IMG/VR virus record: IMGVR_UViG_3300019776_000324
Span: 1-64,000 of that record
Length of the DNA: 64,000 bases
Reading direction: 5' to 3' (one strand)
Position numbers and translations under genes: made by a program. Positions 24,123 through 34,175 of this stretch are shown in pieces (within the stretch, counting starts at the first letter, position 1; every line of letters starts with the position of its first letter). The notes under the pieces were generated by a model, which saw only the letters and a list, made by a program, of their open reading frames with translations, did not search any database and had not been told where the DNA came from.

Positions 24123-26484
24123 CATAAGTGGCCAACCACGCCCAGTCGTAGCTTTTCCGCAATTCAGCAAAATCCCCTGCCACAGCATCGTAGTATTCGA
24201 CAGCATCTTGTGCTCCGTAGATACTGTACTGCCCATATGGCTGACCCATGGCCACTGTTAACCATTTGTTTAGTCTATATTGACTTTCTACATCTGTGCT
24301 GTCTCGCAATTTGATACACTCACGGAAGGCTGTACGCCAAGCCGACCATTTACTGTGCGCATATTCTGCTGTGCCTGAACGAATAGGTACTACTTCGTGC
24401 GCACTGTCTAAGGTAAAGTCCAGGCCAACTCCAGGATTGTTTAGTACCAACTGCTTGTTATAAGCAATCAAGGCTTGATGCCCGTACTCTAGTCCATTGA
24501 TAGGATTGAATGCGTGGAAGATATAGTGCTTGGGTTCTTGTAGTCGATCAGGTTGCCACGACCAGTCAAACTGTGTATCAACACGCAACTTGGCAAACAC
24601 AGCAAAGAACCAAGGAGTAGTGCTTAACTCAGCGGCAGCTTGATAAGCGGCAACACGACCGTTGACTCCACTACTGCGTTCTATACGCTGACTGGTAAAC
24701 ATGTGACACTGCTTAAGGATGTTCCAGTTGGTTTCAGCATTGGGTTCACCGTTGTCAATAAACACTATGTCCAACGGTTCATCCTTGAGCATGTGACGCT
24801 GACTACGATCTATATTGGCGTAATCATATAGCTGTGTCTTTATGTAAGGAACTGCCACCTTGGGTACTATAACTGTGCTAGCGCCTGAACTTAGCGGAAC
24901 AATGGTCTTGGTCTTTTCTCTCCATAATGGCACAGCAGGAGGCGGTATTACTTGTGCTCCGTTAGTGGTATACACCGCCAAGGGTCCCGTAAAGTCCAGG
25001 GTCTTGACAGCTTCCACATGCGTATCGTAGTTGTGTTGTATAACTGGTAAGGCTCTGCGTGGTACATCCTTGTCCATGTAATTGAGATCATACCAATCTA
25101 ACAACTGTAGCTTGTCTGCACGATGCTTGAATGTAGGTACATGCATAAAGAAAGTATCACCGAACTTCATGCCATCGCTAGGGAATACATGTAGCATGGT
25201 AGCTTGCCAGACTTCAGGATGCCAAGTAAAGTCAAAGTCAGTGTAGTCACAGATACTGCTACAGATCCATACAAACTCATGTTCGCAGGTATTTGCTATG
25301 CGCTTTAAGGTATCCAAGTAGTTGTCAAAGTAGCGCACAGTCTTGGTAGTATTGGCGATTTGACCTGCATTACCATCCATGTGATCTATTTCATATATAG
25401 CAGTGGCAACACGGCCTGTCTTAATGCGAATTTGATCTATGTATTTTACATCCGTGGCCCCAGCTACATGATACTGTGGACCACCTGTGCGTTGATGTTG
25501 TGTACCAAATTGATATTGATAAGGTTGTTCTGTAGCATCTGGATGCCAGGTAAAATCAAAGCTGTCTGTATCAACATTATCAGGTACTGTCCATGCATTA
25601 TCTATGGCAGTTTTAACAGCTCTGGGTGCAGTGATATACTTTACTTCTTCAGCGCCGGTGACAACATAACTAGGGCCGCCAGTCTTTTGCCACTGTGTAC
25701 CAAACTGATAAATCATAGGCGGATCTCCAGGATCAGGCCGCCAACTGTAATCAAATGTGTCAGCATCTATAGTATCAGGAGTCACCCAATTATCTACGCA
25801 AGCTGCCAGTTCAGCTCTGGGATAAGGCATGTACTTGCGCTCACTAGCACCGGGCGCATGATACTCTACAGTGGCCATTTTATTAGCAGGCCACCATTGG
25901 TTGCCAAACACATATATGTAAGGAGGATCTCCTGGATCAGGTACCCACGAATAGTCAAACTTGCAGTCAATGAGTGTGTGCCAATGATTAGTGTGTTGTT
26001 CGTGTAACTGTGCCCTGGGTGCAGTCATGTATTTGCGTTCTGTAGCACCAGGTGCGTGATATTCCACTGTGGGCATGATTGTAGCCGGATACCATTGATT
26101 ACCAAACACATATATGTAAGGCGGGTCAAATGGATGCGGTTGCCAGGTATAGTCAAAGCTACATGAAGAATAATTAACTACATAATTGTCACGATTTTCC
26201 TGTGTGGGCAACACTTGTTCATGAAACTTGTAGTTGATTTCACCTGACTTGGGTACTAGATATGTGCCAGAAAATTCGTGATGCTGACTGGGCCAAGCAT
26301 GTGTGTATTCAGCTTGCCAAGGCACAGGTTCAAATAAAAAGTCAAAGCCGGTATAATCAGTTAAATAGTTTACCCACCAGAAATACCTAGTACTGCTTAA
26401 TTCCTGCGCATGTTGAATATCTCGAGCTGCTCGCTCATGCGGAAATAAGTTAGGCTTTGCTCCAGAATAAAAAATATCAAACAT
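24088..26484 (-). CDS. Repeat-containing protein with C-terminal glycosyltransferase-like (GT-A) domain
   Basis: Four tandem 'FD[YF][ST]W.P...' units; the C-terminal domain aligns by eye with the 41321-42247 protein. Confidence 0.65.
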   Translation of the reverse strand: MFDIFYSGAKPNLFPHERAARDIQHAQELSSTRYFWWVNYLTDYTGFDFLFEPVPWQAEYTHAWPSQHHEFSGTYLVPKSGEINYKFHEQVLPTQENRDNYVVNYSSCSFDYTWQPHPFDPPYIYVFGNQWYPATIMPTVEYHAPGATERKYMTAPRAQLHEQHTNHWHTLIDCKFDYSWVPDPGDPPYIYVFGNQWWPANKMATVEYHAPGASERKYMPYPRAELAACVDNWVTPDTIDADTFDYSWRPDPGDPPMIYQFGTQWQKTGGPSYVVTGAEEVKYITAPRAVKTAIDNAWTVPDNVDTDSFDFTWHPDATEQPYQYQFGTQHQRTGGPQYHVAGATDVKYIDQIRIKTGRVATAIYEIDHMDGNAGQIANTTKTVRYFDNYLDTLKRIANTCEHEFVWICSSICDYTDFDFTWHPEVWQATMLHVFPSDGMKFGDTFFMHVPTFKHRADKLQLLDWYDLNYMDKDVPRRALPVIQHNYDTHVEAVKTLDFTGPLAVYTTNGAQVIPPPAVPLWREKTKTIVPLSSGASTVIVPKVAVPYIKTQLYDYANIDRSQRHMLKDEPLDIVFIDNGEPNAETNWNILKQCHMFTSQRIERSSGVNGRVAAYQAAAELSTTPWFFAVFAKLRVDTQFDWSWQPDRLQEPKHYIFHAFNPINGLEYGHQALIAYNKQLVLNNPGVGLDFTLDSAHEVVPIRSGTAEYAHSKWSAWRTAFRECIKLRDSTDVESQYRLNKWLTVAMGQPYGQYSIYGAQDAVEYYDAVAGDFAELRKSYDWAWLATYAMIKRNLIPDQ

Positions 26485-27568
26485 GATTAGAATAGACGAA
26501 ATTTACAACAATACTTTTTGGCCTTGGTTTGCTAAAAATAGACCCGGCACCAGAGTGTTTTTTTGTGACCCTTTTGGGCATACTGATCGTGATCATTTAT
26601 TTAATCTTGGCACGGATGACATGGTAGAAAACGACTATGTGTATTTGCATGATCAAGAACCTGTTCATTTAGACCTGCACCAACCCTTGTTTGACGATGT
26701 TATCCGACGAAACGAAGATATCTGGGCCAAACCCGCAGGACATATTGTAGTCAGCGAACGCGGTGAATTTGTTGAAGAACTCAGCAGACAATACGGATGG
26801 ACCACACACTATTACTTCTTTCACGGCTGGGCTTGTCAGGACTGGTTCCGCGGCTACGATAAAACATTCCTTATTCCCAGAGCTAGAGATCGTAGCCCTA
26901 CTAGGACTTTTATGAGTCCCAATCGTATTGTAGCAGGCAAGCGTGATCATCGTGTGTTGTTTCTTTATAATGTGTTTAAGCATGGGCTAGAGTCAAATCA
27001 TATATCAGCACCCAGAACTTGTCAGTACGAAGGTGTAGATATTAGTAGTATAGCACAAAAGTATCAACATGTATACCAGGATATTACTCAAGTGTTTGAT
27101 CAAGCTGAATTACCCAGATTATTTGAGGGAGAAGAGCAACAGGAAATGACCAGTTGTTGGTTAAGCAACTTCACAGAAGCCCAAGATAGTTTAGTATATG
27201 TGCCTACTGAAACTGTGTACTTTGGGCGCAGACAGCACATAACCGAAAAGACATTTAAAGCAATAGCATTAGAAATGCCCTTTGTTCTAGTAGCACCCGC
27301 AGGCAGTTTGGCGTATATGCGTGAATACGGATTTAAGACTTTTGATACTGTATTTGACGAAAGCTACGATACCGAAACCAACGATGTTCGTAGAATAGAA
27401 CGGGTAACCAAACTATTAAAAGAATTAGATAGTTTAAGTTTAAAAGAAAGACAGCAAATACATCGTGCATGTTTACCCATAGTAGAACACAATTTTAATC
27501 ATTTCTATTCAGGCGGACTTACTGAAGTATTATGGGCAGAACTCAGGGCCATGTTAAATGAGTTTTAA
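26483..27568 (+). CDS. Glycosyltransferase-like protein (ET..TEKTFK..PF family)
   Basis: 'PTETVYF...ITEKTFKAIALEMPF...GFKTF...DESYD' resembles the GT10/GT-B donor-binding motif. Confidence 0.55.
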   Translation: MIRIDEIYNNTFWPWFAKNRPGTRVFFCDPFGHTDRDHLFNLGTDDMVENDYVYLHDQEPVHLDLHQPLFDDVIRRNEDIWAKPAGHIVVSERGEFVEELSRQYGWTTHYYFFHGWACQDWFRGYDKTFLIPRARDRSPTRTFMSPNRIVAGKRDHRVLFLYNVFKHGLESNHISAPRTCQYEGVDISSIAQKYQHVYQDITQVFDQAELPRLFEGEEQQEMTSCWLSNFTEAQDSLVYVPTETVYFGRRQHITEKTFKAIALEMPFVLVAPAGSLAYMREYGFKTFDTVFDESYDTETNDVRRIERVTKLLKELDSLSLKERQQIHRACLPIVEHNFNHFYSGGLTEVLWAELRAMLNEF

Positions 27569-28706
27569 CTTTGTTTGCGATCGTATAGTCAAGGACAAAG
27601 CATATCCAGCCTTAGCTCAACATCAAGCAGAACCTTATACACAGCAGTGGCGCGAATTTGTGCAGCATTGGCCCAATACAGTGCCTTGTGAGCTACACGA
27701 GCACTGTTCAACACACGGTTATCCATATACCTTAAGCACAGACACAGGTGACTATTACTGTATAGGCTTGGGCTTCTTTAATTTTGATACAGATTATATT
27801 GCGCTAATTCCTGAAAAGATTCGAAAAGAATCCTGCACTATTTTATTCTATTATCATGAAGGCGATAATCCAGCAAACATTAAAAAAAGACTAGATCATT
27901 TATGTGATCAACATGGTGTGAGTAGAGATCTTTATCGATTCATTTCGGGTAATACTGCCGCAGACAAAATACCTCAATTCGCATGGTTCCCTGATCACGA
28001 GCTATTATACTGGCATCGCAACCGTAGTGTACTGCCTGCTAGTGTACACTTGAACCCTAGACCCTATGACTTTACCTTGTTAAGCCGTACACACAAGTGG
28101 TGGCGGGCTACTGTGGTCACAGACCTACATCGTTCAGGGCTATTAGACTCAAGTCAGTGGAGTTATAATACTGTAGACATAGGTGATCAGCCCGAGGACA
28201 ACCCAATTGAAATAGACAGTTTAAATATTAGAGATCATGTTGAGGCTTTTTTAGCAGGAGCGCCATATAGCTGTGATAGCTTGACAGCCGAAGAACACAA
28301 TGATCACCATCGTACTGAATATCAGCACTACCAGGCCAGTTACTTTAATATCATACTAGAAACTCATTTTGATGCTGACGGCAGCGGTGGAGCCTTTTTA
28401 ACAGAAAAGACTTTTAAACCCATCAAACACGGACAACCGTTTGTTGTAGTGGGCGCACCAGGTACATTAGCAGCATTAAGAACCCTGGGCTATCGTACAT
28501 TTGATTCAGTATTAGATAACACATACGATACTATAACAGATAATACTCAACGCTGGTTGGCAGTTCGATCCGTAATTGAACGAATTAAATCCAATCCTGC
28601 GCATTACTTTAAACTGTGTTTAAATGATATTCTACACAACCAACAATTATTTGCCGCTAGCAAATACAACCGCTTAAATAGCTTACTTGAAAGATTACAA
28701 AAATGA
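27551..28706 (+). CDS. Glycosyltransferase-like protein (ET..TEKTFK..PF family); ORF 27558-28706
   Basis: 'ILETHF...LTEKTFKPIKHGQPF...GYRTFD'. Confidence 0.55.
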
Positions 28707-29722
28707 TTAATAGTTATACATCCTGGCAACCACTTGAAGAAGTCATTGTAGGTCGTGCATATAGTCCCGACTATTTTGACTTTATTGACAACCCACAAGT
28801 GCGAGCACAACTACAGCAAATTCTAGCTGAAACAGAAGAAGATTTAAACAACTTACAAAAGACCATTGAAACTTATGGTGCCCGTGTACGCAGACCCAAT
28901 TTGCCCAGTAAAGATCAATTTCAATGGTTCCAAACAGAAGGCGGTGGCGCTCCACTTCCTCCTTTAACTCCTAGAGATTGGCAGATCAGTATGGGCGATA
29001 AGTTGTTGCGTGTACTAGCTATGCCAGAGTTAGATGAAATATGTGCTGACTATGCAGATCAAGTTGTTAATCCACATAAAAGTGCTTGGGATCCAGACTG
29101 TATATTAAATCAAGCCAGTGCTAGTTGTATAGTGCGTGTAGGTGAAGATGTGTTCTTTGATAATTCAGACTTCCTGCGTCCAGAACAAACACAATGGATT
29201 GTGGACAACTGTTTAGACAGTCGTTATAGAATACACGAAGCTATTACAGACGGACACGGCGATGCTGTATTTGCTATCCTAAAGCCCGGAGTTATATTGT
29301 CAAGCAAGCACGATGTTAATTTAGATCTAGCAGGCGACTTTCCAGGTTGGGAAGTATTAAAGATTTGGGATAGTAGTATTTGGGCTGCTATGGAAGTGGG
29401 CAAATTTAAATATGAACAAAGTCCCGGCGCATGGTATGTACAAGGACAAACACCCACTGCTGAATTTACTGCTTTTGTGGACACCTATTTAAATAAATGG
29501 ACTGGCTTTGTGGCTGAAACAGTGTTTGATGTCAACTGTTTAGTGTTGGATGAAAGTAATGTTATCTTTAGTGCTTACAATAAAGAAGTATTTGATTTCT
29601 GTCACAAGCATCGAATCAATCCTATTATTAGCGAATTGCGTCATAGTTATTTCTGGGACGGCGGTATTAGTTGCTGTACACAAGACTTAACTAGACGCGG
29701 TGGCTTAGAGCGTTATCTTTAA
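28703..29722 (+). CDS. Amidinotransferase (glycine/inosamine-phosphate amidinotransferase family)
   Basis: 'NSYTSWQPLEEVIVG', 'PRD', 'HGD' and a C-terminal catalytic Cys in 'DGGISCCTQDLTR'. Confidence 0.85.
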   Translation: MINSYTSWQPLEEVIVGRAYSPDYFDFIDNPQVRAQLQQILAETEEDLNNLQKTIETYGARVRRPNLPSKDQFQWFQTEGGGAPLPPLTPRDWQISMGDKLLRVLAMPELDEICADYADQVVNPHKSAWDPDCILNQASASCIVRVGEDVFFDNSDFLRPEQTQWIVDNCLDSRYRIHEAITDGHGDAVFAILKPGVILSSKHDVNLDLAGDFPGWEVLKIWDSSIWAAMEVGKFKYEQSPGAWYVQGQTPTAEFTAFVDTYLNKWTGFVAETVFDVNCLVLDESNVIFSAYNKEVFDFCHKHRINPIISELRHSYFWDGGISCCTQDLTRRGGLERYL

Positions 29723-30264
29723 CGGAACTGCCAGTAACTACTGACTCTAATAGACCCTGCAGGCACAGGATTAAACATGCCGTGCCACTGCAAGGGTTGA
29801 CTGCCATCTTCATTTAAATGATTTAACATTATGTAACCGGTGTTGGGTACACTAGCAAATTGATACAATAAAGATTTGGGATCTTTATAATGATAAAATC
29901 CAGTGCCATATTCAGGACCGGGCACTATCCAATACATTTGTAAACTGTTTGCTAAATGTCCGTCTGTGTGCATGTCAACTTGAAATCCAGGTTGATCCAC
30001 CCAAAAGATACCACTGGCCTGTGTAAATTCACTGCCTGTGGCTTGATTAATTGCAGGTAATTGTTGACTTATATAATTGCTTAGTTGTTGCGCAACAGGA
30101 TCATTCCACTGTATTTGTCTACGCAACCAATTTTCTTGTTTGGCGCCACGGACCCAGGTCAAATTTAACCAGTCTGCGGCTTGTATTTGATCAGCCTGTT
30201 CAGCAGGTAATAGATCTGTAACTTGCCATAAACGGCCCGGAACAATGGCGGTAAATTGGGCCAT
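29719..30264 (-). CDS. 2OG-Fe(II) oxygenase-like protein
   Basis: HxD 'MHTD', distal His 'QWHG' and 'RVS'. Confidence 0.65.
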   Translation of the reverse strand: MAQFTAIVPGRLWQVTDLLPAEQADQIQAADWLNLTWVRGAKQENWLRRQIQWNDPVAQQLSNYISQQLPAINQATGSEFTQASGIFWVDQPGFQVDMHTDGHLANSLQMYWIVPGPEYGTGFYHYKDPKSLLYQFASVPNTGYIMLNHLNEDGSQPLQWHGMFNPVPAGSIRVSSYWQFR

Positions 30265-31773
30265 TTAAGAGCAGACCTTTACTCCATATAATGCTTCAAA
30301 GCGGTCAGCGTCTGCTCTATCATTTACCATGGGCTCGCCTCTTATATTAAGACTAGTGTTTAATAACATAGGACAGCCAGTTAACACATACCATTTTTCA
30401 AGTAGCTTTCTAATGCCTGAGCCATTATCTGGCACCGTTTGTACTCGGCTAGTACCGTCGTGATGCACAATAGCAGGAAAAGCGTCAGGCTGGCGGCAAT
30501 AAGCTGTTGACTGCATATAAGGACTATGGCGGAAACCACAGGGCATACTAAAAAATTCATTAGCAAGCTCATCCAATATAACTGGCGCAAATGGCCTAAA
30601 CTTTTGTCTACGCTTGATTTCATTTACACGATCCTTTATATCCGGTCCTCGGGGGTCGGCGAGGAGACTTCTATTGCCCAGTGCCCTAGGGCCGAATTCG
30701 GCTCGTCCTGAAGCAACTCCAACGATCTTATCCCGTAGTAAGCTATCGAGTAGGGCATTGACAGGATATTCTCCGCCGATGTTATGACCCAAGTATGCGT
30801 GATCAAACTTAATTGGGCCACCATAGGCGAGGGCAGCAGCTCCGAGACTGCTACCGCTATCGCCAGGGCTAGGCATAATCCATATGTTTTCAAAATAATT
30901 TCCAAGTTCTCTATTAGCTAAACAGTTCAGGGCAACGCCGCCCTGGTATACTAGATTTGTGCTGAACCCAAAATTCTGGGCCCTAAGCATAACACTATAT
31001 ATCAATTCTTCTACCAAGTGCTGTGCTGCACCTGCAATATCATAATCATCAACACCGGCCATAAAGTTCGAGTCCAAGCCCAGGTGTAAATTCTCTTTAA
31101 ATTCAATATCTTTAATGCTGCGAATCAATTGCTCGCGCATGGGAATAGCATATACATTACCGTGTGTACTGTAAGCACTCATGCCCATGGTAATATATTC
31201 TTCGTCTAGTGGGTGTAGGCCAACTCGCTGAGTAATTGCACTATAAAAGAGTCCGATTGAATGTGGGTATTTTTGTCCCCAAAGCTTCTTATAAACTGCA
31301 CGACCCGTTCGATCATATTCTGCTCCGTATATTGATATTGTATCAAACTCACCTATGGCATCTATTACCACAACAGTGGCACGATCAAAAGGACTGGTTT
31401 GGAAGCCACTTGCTGCGTGACTTAAATGATGGTTATAGCATACTGTTTTTCTGGGTGCGTGTAACAACTGATCGCCCAGTTGTTCTTTTAACATGCTGTT
31501 TACTGTTAAACGCTTAACATCAAAGCCTTCACCTGACCGCAAGCGTCTTAATTGCTTCATCCAAGGACGCTCGTACCAGGCTACTGTATCTATATAATAG
31601 TTAGAAAACTCTGCCAGCAAAGCAGGGCATATATCAGCGTCATTCTTTTGTTTACTGTAACGCTCACTGTGCCCAGCAAATACAATTTCACCGTGGGTAT
31701 TAATTAGTGTGGCTGCTGCGTCGTGAAAGCCTGCGCTGACACCTAGAATATTTTTATAAGGCTCTAATTTCAT
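30265..31773 (-). CDS. O-carbamoyltransferase (NodU/CmcH/TobZ family)
   Basis: 'HDAAA', 'HHLSHAAS', 'GGVALN', 'EFGPRALGNRS', 'FRPFAP', 'DGTSRVQTV' and 'LLNTSLNIRGEP'. Confidence 0.95.
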   Translation of the reverse strand: MKLEPYKNILGVSAGFHDAAATLINTHGEIVFAGHSERYSKQKNDADICPALLAEFSNYYIDTVAWYERPWMKQLRRLRSGEGFDVKRLTVNSMLKEQLGDQLLHAPRKTVCYNHHLSHAASGFQTSPFDRATVVVIDAIGEFDTISIYGAEYDRTGRAVYKKLWGQKYPHSIGLFYSAITQRVGLHPLDEEYITMGMSAYSTHGNVYAIPMREQLIRSIKDIEFKENLHLGLDSNFMAGVDDYDIAGAAQHLVEELIYSVMLRAQNFGFSTNLVYQGGVALNCLANRELGNYFENIWIMPSPGDSGSSLGAAALAYGGPIKFDHAYLGHNIGGEYPVNALLDSLLRDKIVGVASGRAEFGPRALGNRSLLADPRGPDIKDRVNEIKRRQKFRPFAPVILDELANEFFSMPCGFRHSPYMQSTAYCRQPDAFPAIVHHDGTSRVQTVPDNGSGIRKLLEKWYVLTGCPMLLNTSLNIRGEPMVNDRADADRFEALYGVKVCS

Positions 31774-31871
31774 TTATAGATAAATGGATCTCTTTTACGC
31801 AGTTCTTTTAATTTTTTGCGGTATCTAATTTCCAATTTAATTTTATTAATTAAGTTTGTAATCCACTTCAT
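31770..31871 (-). CDS. 33-aa basic peptide coupled to the carbamoyltransferase (missing from ORF track)
   Basis: MKWITNLINKIKLEIRYRKKLKELRKRDPFIYK; ATGA overlaps at both ends. Confidence 0.7.
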   Translation of the reverse strand: MKWITNLINKIKLEIRYRKKLKELRKRDPFIYK

Positions 31872-32902
31872 TTTAATTCCTTTATTTGTAGTAGAGCATA
31901 ATCAGGATCAGCCCACGAATATGGATATGTTGCTTCTGCATCGCTGGTTCTTATTGCTGCTACATCGAGACGAGTATTTAACTTGTCCCATATATAGCGG
32001 TAATCTTCTGTGCCAAAGCTACGCCGTAAGTCTACTTGTCCTACCTTAGGATGTCCTATAGTTAGTGTTTTATCTTCTGGGTCAAAGCCATTGTCTGTTA
32101 ACCAGCCGCGAAACTCCTTTAACTGCTTGATCTGCCAAGGAAATGCGCCGGGATCATTGGCCCATTCTATATCAAAATCGCCTGCGGCCAAGGTCTGTGC
32201 TGCTAGTGTTGTAGTAGTTAATTCATCGATACGGCTGTCTCTGCCTTCGTCACAAAACACTTCCCAATGGTGCTTGCCCACTGCTTTATTAACTCCCACA
32301 TATACTCCGCCCAAGCTACGGTTAATTGTTTCTATGCCAAACAGCTCATAATCCTCCGCATCCAGTGCAAAGCGTGGAGCATTTAGCCAGCACATTAATT
32401 GACTGGGTCTTTGCCATTCGGGTGCTGTGTGCTTTTTACGCCAACTTAATTGCCATGATTCAAACTCATGACACAGTAAATTTAACTGTCTAATATGCCA
32501 GCGTGTAGCAGGATCTGCTTGTGCGTATAAAGGACTAGGAGCAGCAGCAGTACCTTGTAGATCTTCAAAGTATCTGTGTAGCAGATTAAACTGTGCATGA
32601 TTAACTCCGCCCGAATCGTCTACACTGTTTTCTAGCGTAAAATGATTGTCAATTTGATAGTTTAATTCGCTGGCATTAATTGCAGCAATGGAACGATTAA
32701 TTTCTTTGATTAATAATTCACCGTTGCGTGGACCGTCTGCAAAGCCAAAGAAACAATAGTTCTTTTCTAAATGATAATTGTTGCGGATTAATTCATTTAA
32801 TGCTGCCAGCCATTTACGACTTAAACTGTTGTCGTACACATTGATATAAACAGTTAGATCATTTAGATCTAATTCAACAACATCAAGTAATAATTGATTC
32901 AT
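31868..32902 (-). CDS. Hypothetical protein (344 aa)
   Basis: In operon; 'NLLHRYFE' and 'LNLLCHEFE' His/Glu motifs could bind metal. Confidence 0.75.
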   Translation of the reverse strand: MNQLLLDVVELDLNDLTVYINVYDNSLSRKWLAALNELIRNNYHLEKNYCFFGFADGPRNGELLIKEINRSIAAINASELNYQIDNHFTLENSVDDSGGVNHAQFNLLHRYFEDLQGTAAAPSPLYAQADPATRWHIRQLNLLCHEFESWQLSWRKKHTAPEWQRPSQLMCWLNAPRFALDAEDYELFGIETINRSLGGVYVGVNKAVGKHHWEVFCDEGRDSRIDELTTTTLAAQTLAAGDFDIEWANDPGAFPWQIKQLKEFRGWLTDNGFDPEDKTLTIGHPKVGQVDLRRSFGTEDYRYIWDKLNTRLDVAAIRTSDAEATYPYSWADPDYALLQIKELK

Positions 32903-34175
32903 ACCATTCCTGTATTTCTTTATCTTCGCTTAGGATATCTCCTAGCGTATATGCGTCGCCACGGATCGCTTCTAATTGTAACACACGACGCTTGCCCTTT
33001 ACAAGTCCTGCTTGATGCGTGTCAGGCCATTGTTCTGCAAATACAGGGCGTGTCTTTAACTGTACCAGCACATCCTGTAACGAACCCGAGGTTAAGGGTA
33101 TTAATTCATCCAATTTACGGTGTAATACAGATCGAGGTAGTGCTAGCGGACTTAATAAGATATCGGGTGAAAAGCTGAATACTACTTTGGCCAGGATTTC
33201 AGTGTCTAATTCTTGTGCAAGTCGCATAATGCGTTCAATTTCAAACAGTCCGGGCAAGGTAAGTGTAAAGTCGATTCGGACCTGGCGGCTGTAATGTCTG
33301 TGTGCAACTGCTTGACGCATGTTTCTAAGCCATGAATCGTAGTCGAGGCCTGTTCTAATGTATTCGCCAATCCGGCCCGTTCCGTCGATGCTCGCACAGA
33401 TCTGGTAATCTCGAATATGATCAAGAATATCACTGAACAGGTTAATACCCCTATAGTCACAACGACTAAGGTTGGTATTGTATCTAGCGTATATCTTAGG
33501 CCCATCACCCAGTTCAATTATGCGTTTCATATAACGCCAGTGTTGCTCGTACATTAGGGGCTCTCCGCCTACCCAATATACTTCTTCTACACGGTGTTCT
33601 TCAACAGCTTGAGCAAACTCTGCTTCAATTTGGCTGTCCTGAAACGCTGTAATCTCTTTCTTAACTTCTGGCAACATCCAATTGTTCTTGGAATTTGACC
33701 AGTCTATCATGTTGTGTGTACGCTGTTCTGATTCCCACGCACTTGACAACATGTCACCACACATACGGCACTTAAAGTTACACAAGTTACTGAAACGATA
33801 ATCCCAGCTAACGGGTTTCATTTCGGTTGCGCCATCTGCTGTGGTTAGCTCCATAGCTAATGGGTATTTACTGCCAAATAAATGATCGAAATATGTACGG
33901 TAAACCGCAGTGTTTAGCAGTTTATCATTGCATACAGCGCACTCAGGCAACTCTTCTCCGGCCATCATTCTGCGACGCACACTCTTCATATGCTCACTAT
34001 TCCAGTGTTCTTCTAAGCTGATAGGAATATACCGGCCCGTGCCTGAGCTAGTATCTATATACTGTTCAAAGTTCTGTGCAGGCTCACGGCTAGCGCAACA
34101 CATACGCCGTTCTGTTTGTGGACTTAGATAAGTGTGTGTCCACGGTGCCATGCACAAGGTTGCTGGTTTTGTCAT
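32883..34175 (-). CDS. Radical SAM protein with N-terminal twitch/SPASM-like Cys cluster
   Basis: CNFKCRMC and GGEP; N-terminal C..PW...CC...CxxC. Confidence 0.9.
   Translation of the reverse strand: MTKPATLCMAPWTHTYLSPQTERRMCCASREPAQNFEQYIDTSSGTGRYIPISLEEHWNSEHMKSVRRRMMAGEELPECAVCNDKLLNTAVYRTYFDHLFGSKYPLAMELTTADGATEMKPVSWDYRFSNLCNFKCRMCGDMLSSAWESEQRTHNMIDWSNSKNNWMLPEVKKEITAFQDSQIEAEFAQAVEEHRVEEVYWVGGEPLMYEQHWRYMKRIIELGDGPKIYARYNTNLSRCDYRGINLFSDILDHIRDYQICASIDGTGRIGEYIRTGLDYDSWLRNMRQAVAHRHYSRQVRIDFTLTLPGLFEIERIMRLAQELDTEILAKVVFSFSPDILLSPLALPRSVLHRKLDELIPLTSGSLQDVLVQLKTRPVFAEQWPDTHQAGLVKGKRRVLQLEAIRGDAYTLGDILSEDKEIQEWYESIIT

Noticed and set aside
25360-26007. 215-aa + strand ORF and other short antisense ORFs in the track (e.g. 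34956, 32010, 48667)
   Set aside because: They are shadows of long, motif-bearing genes on the opposite strand, with no SD or recognisable motifs.
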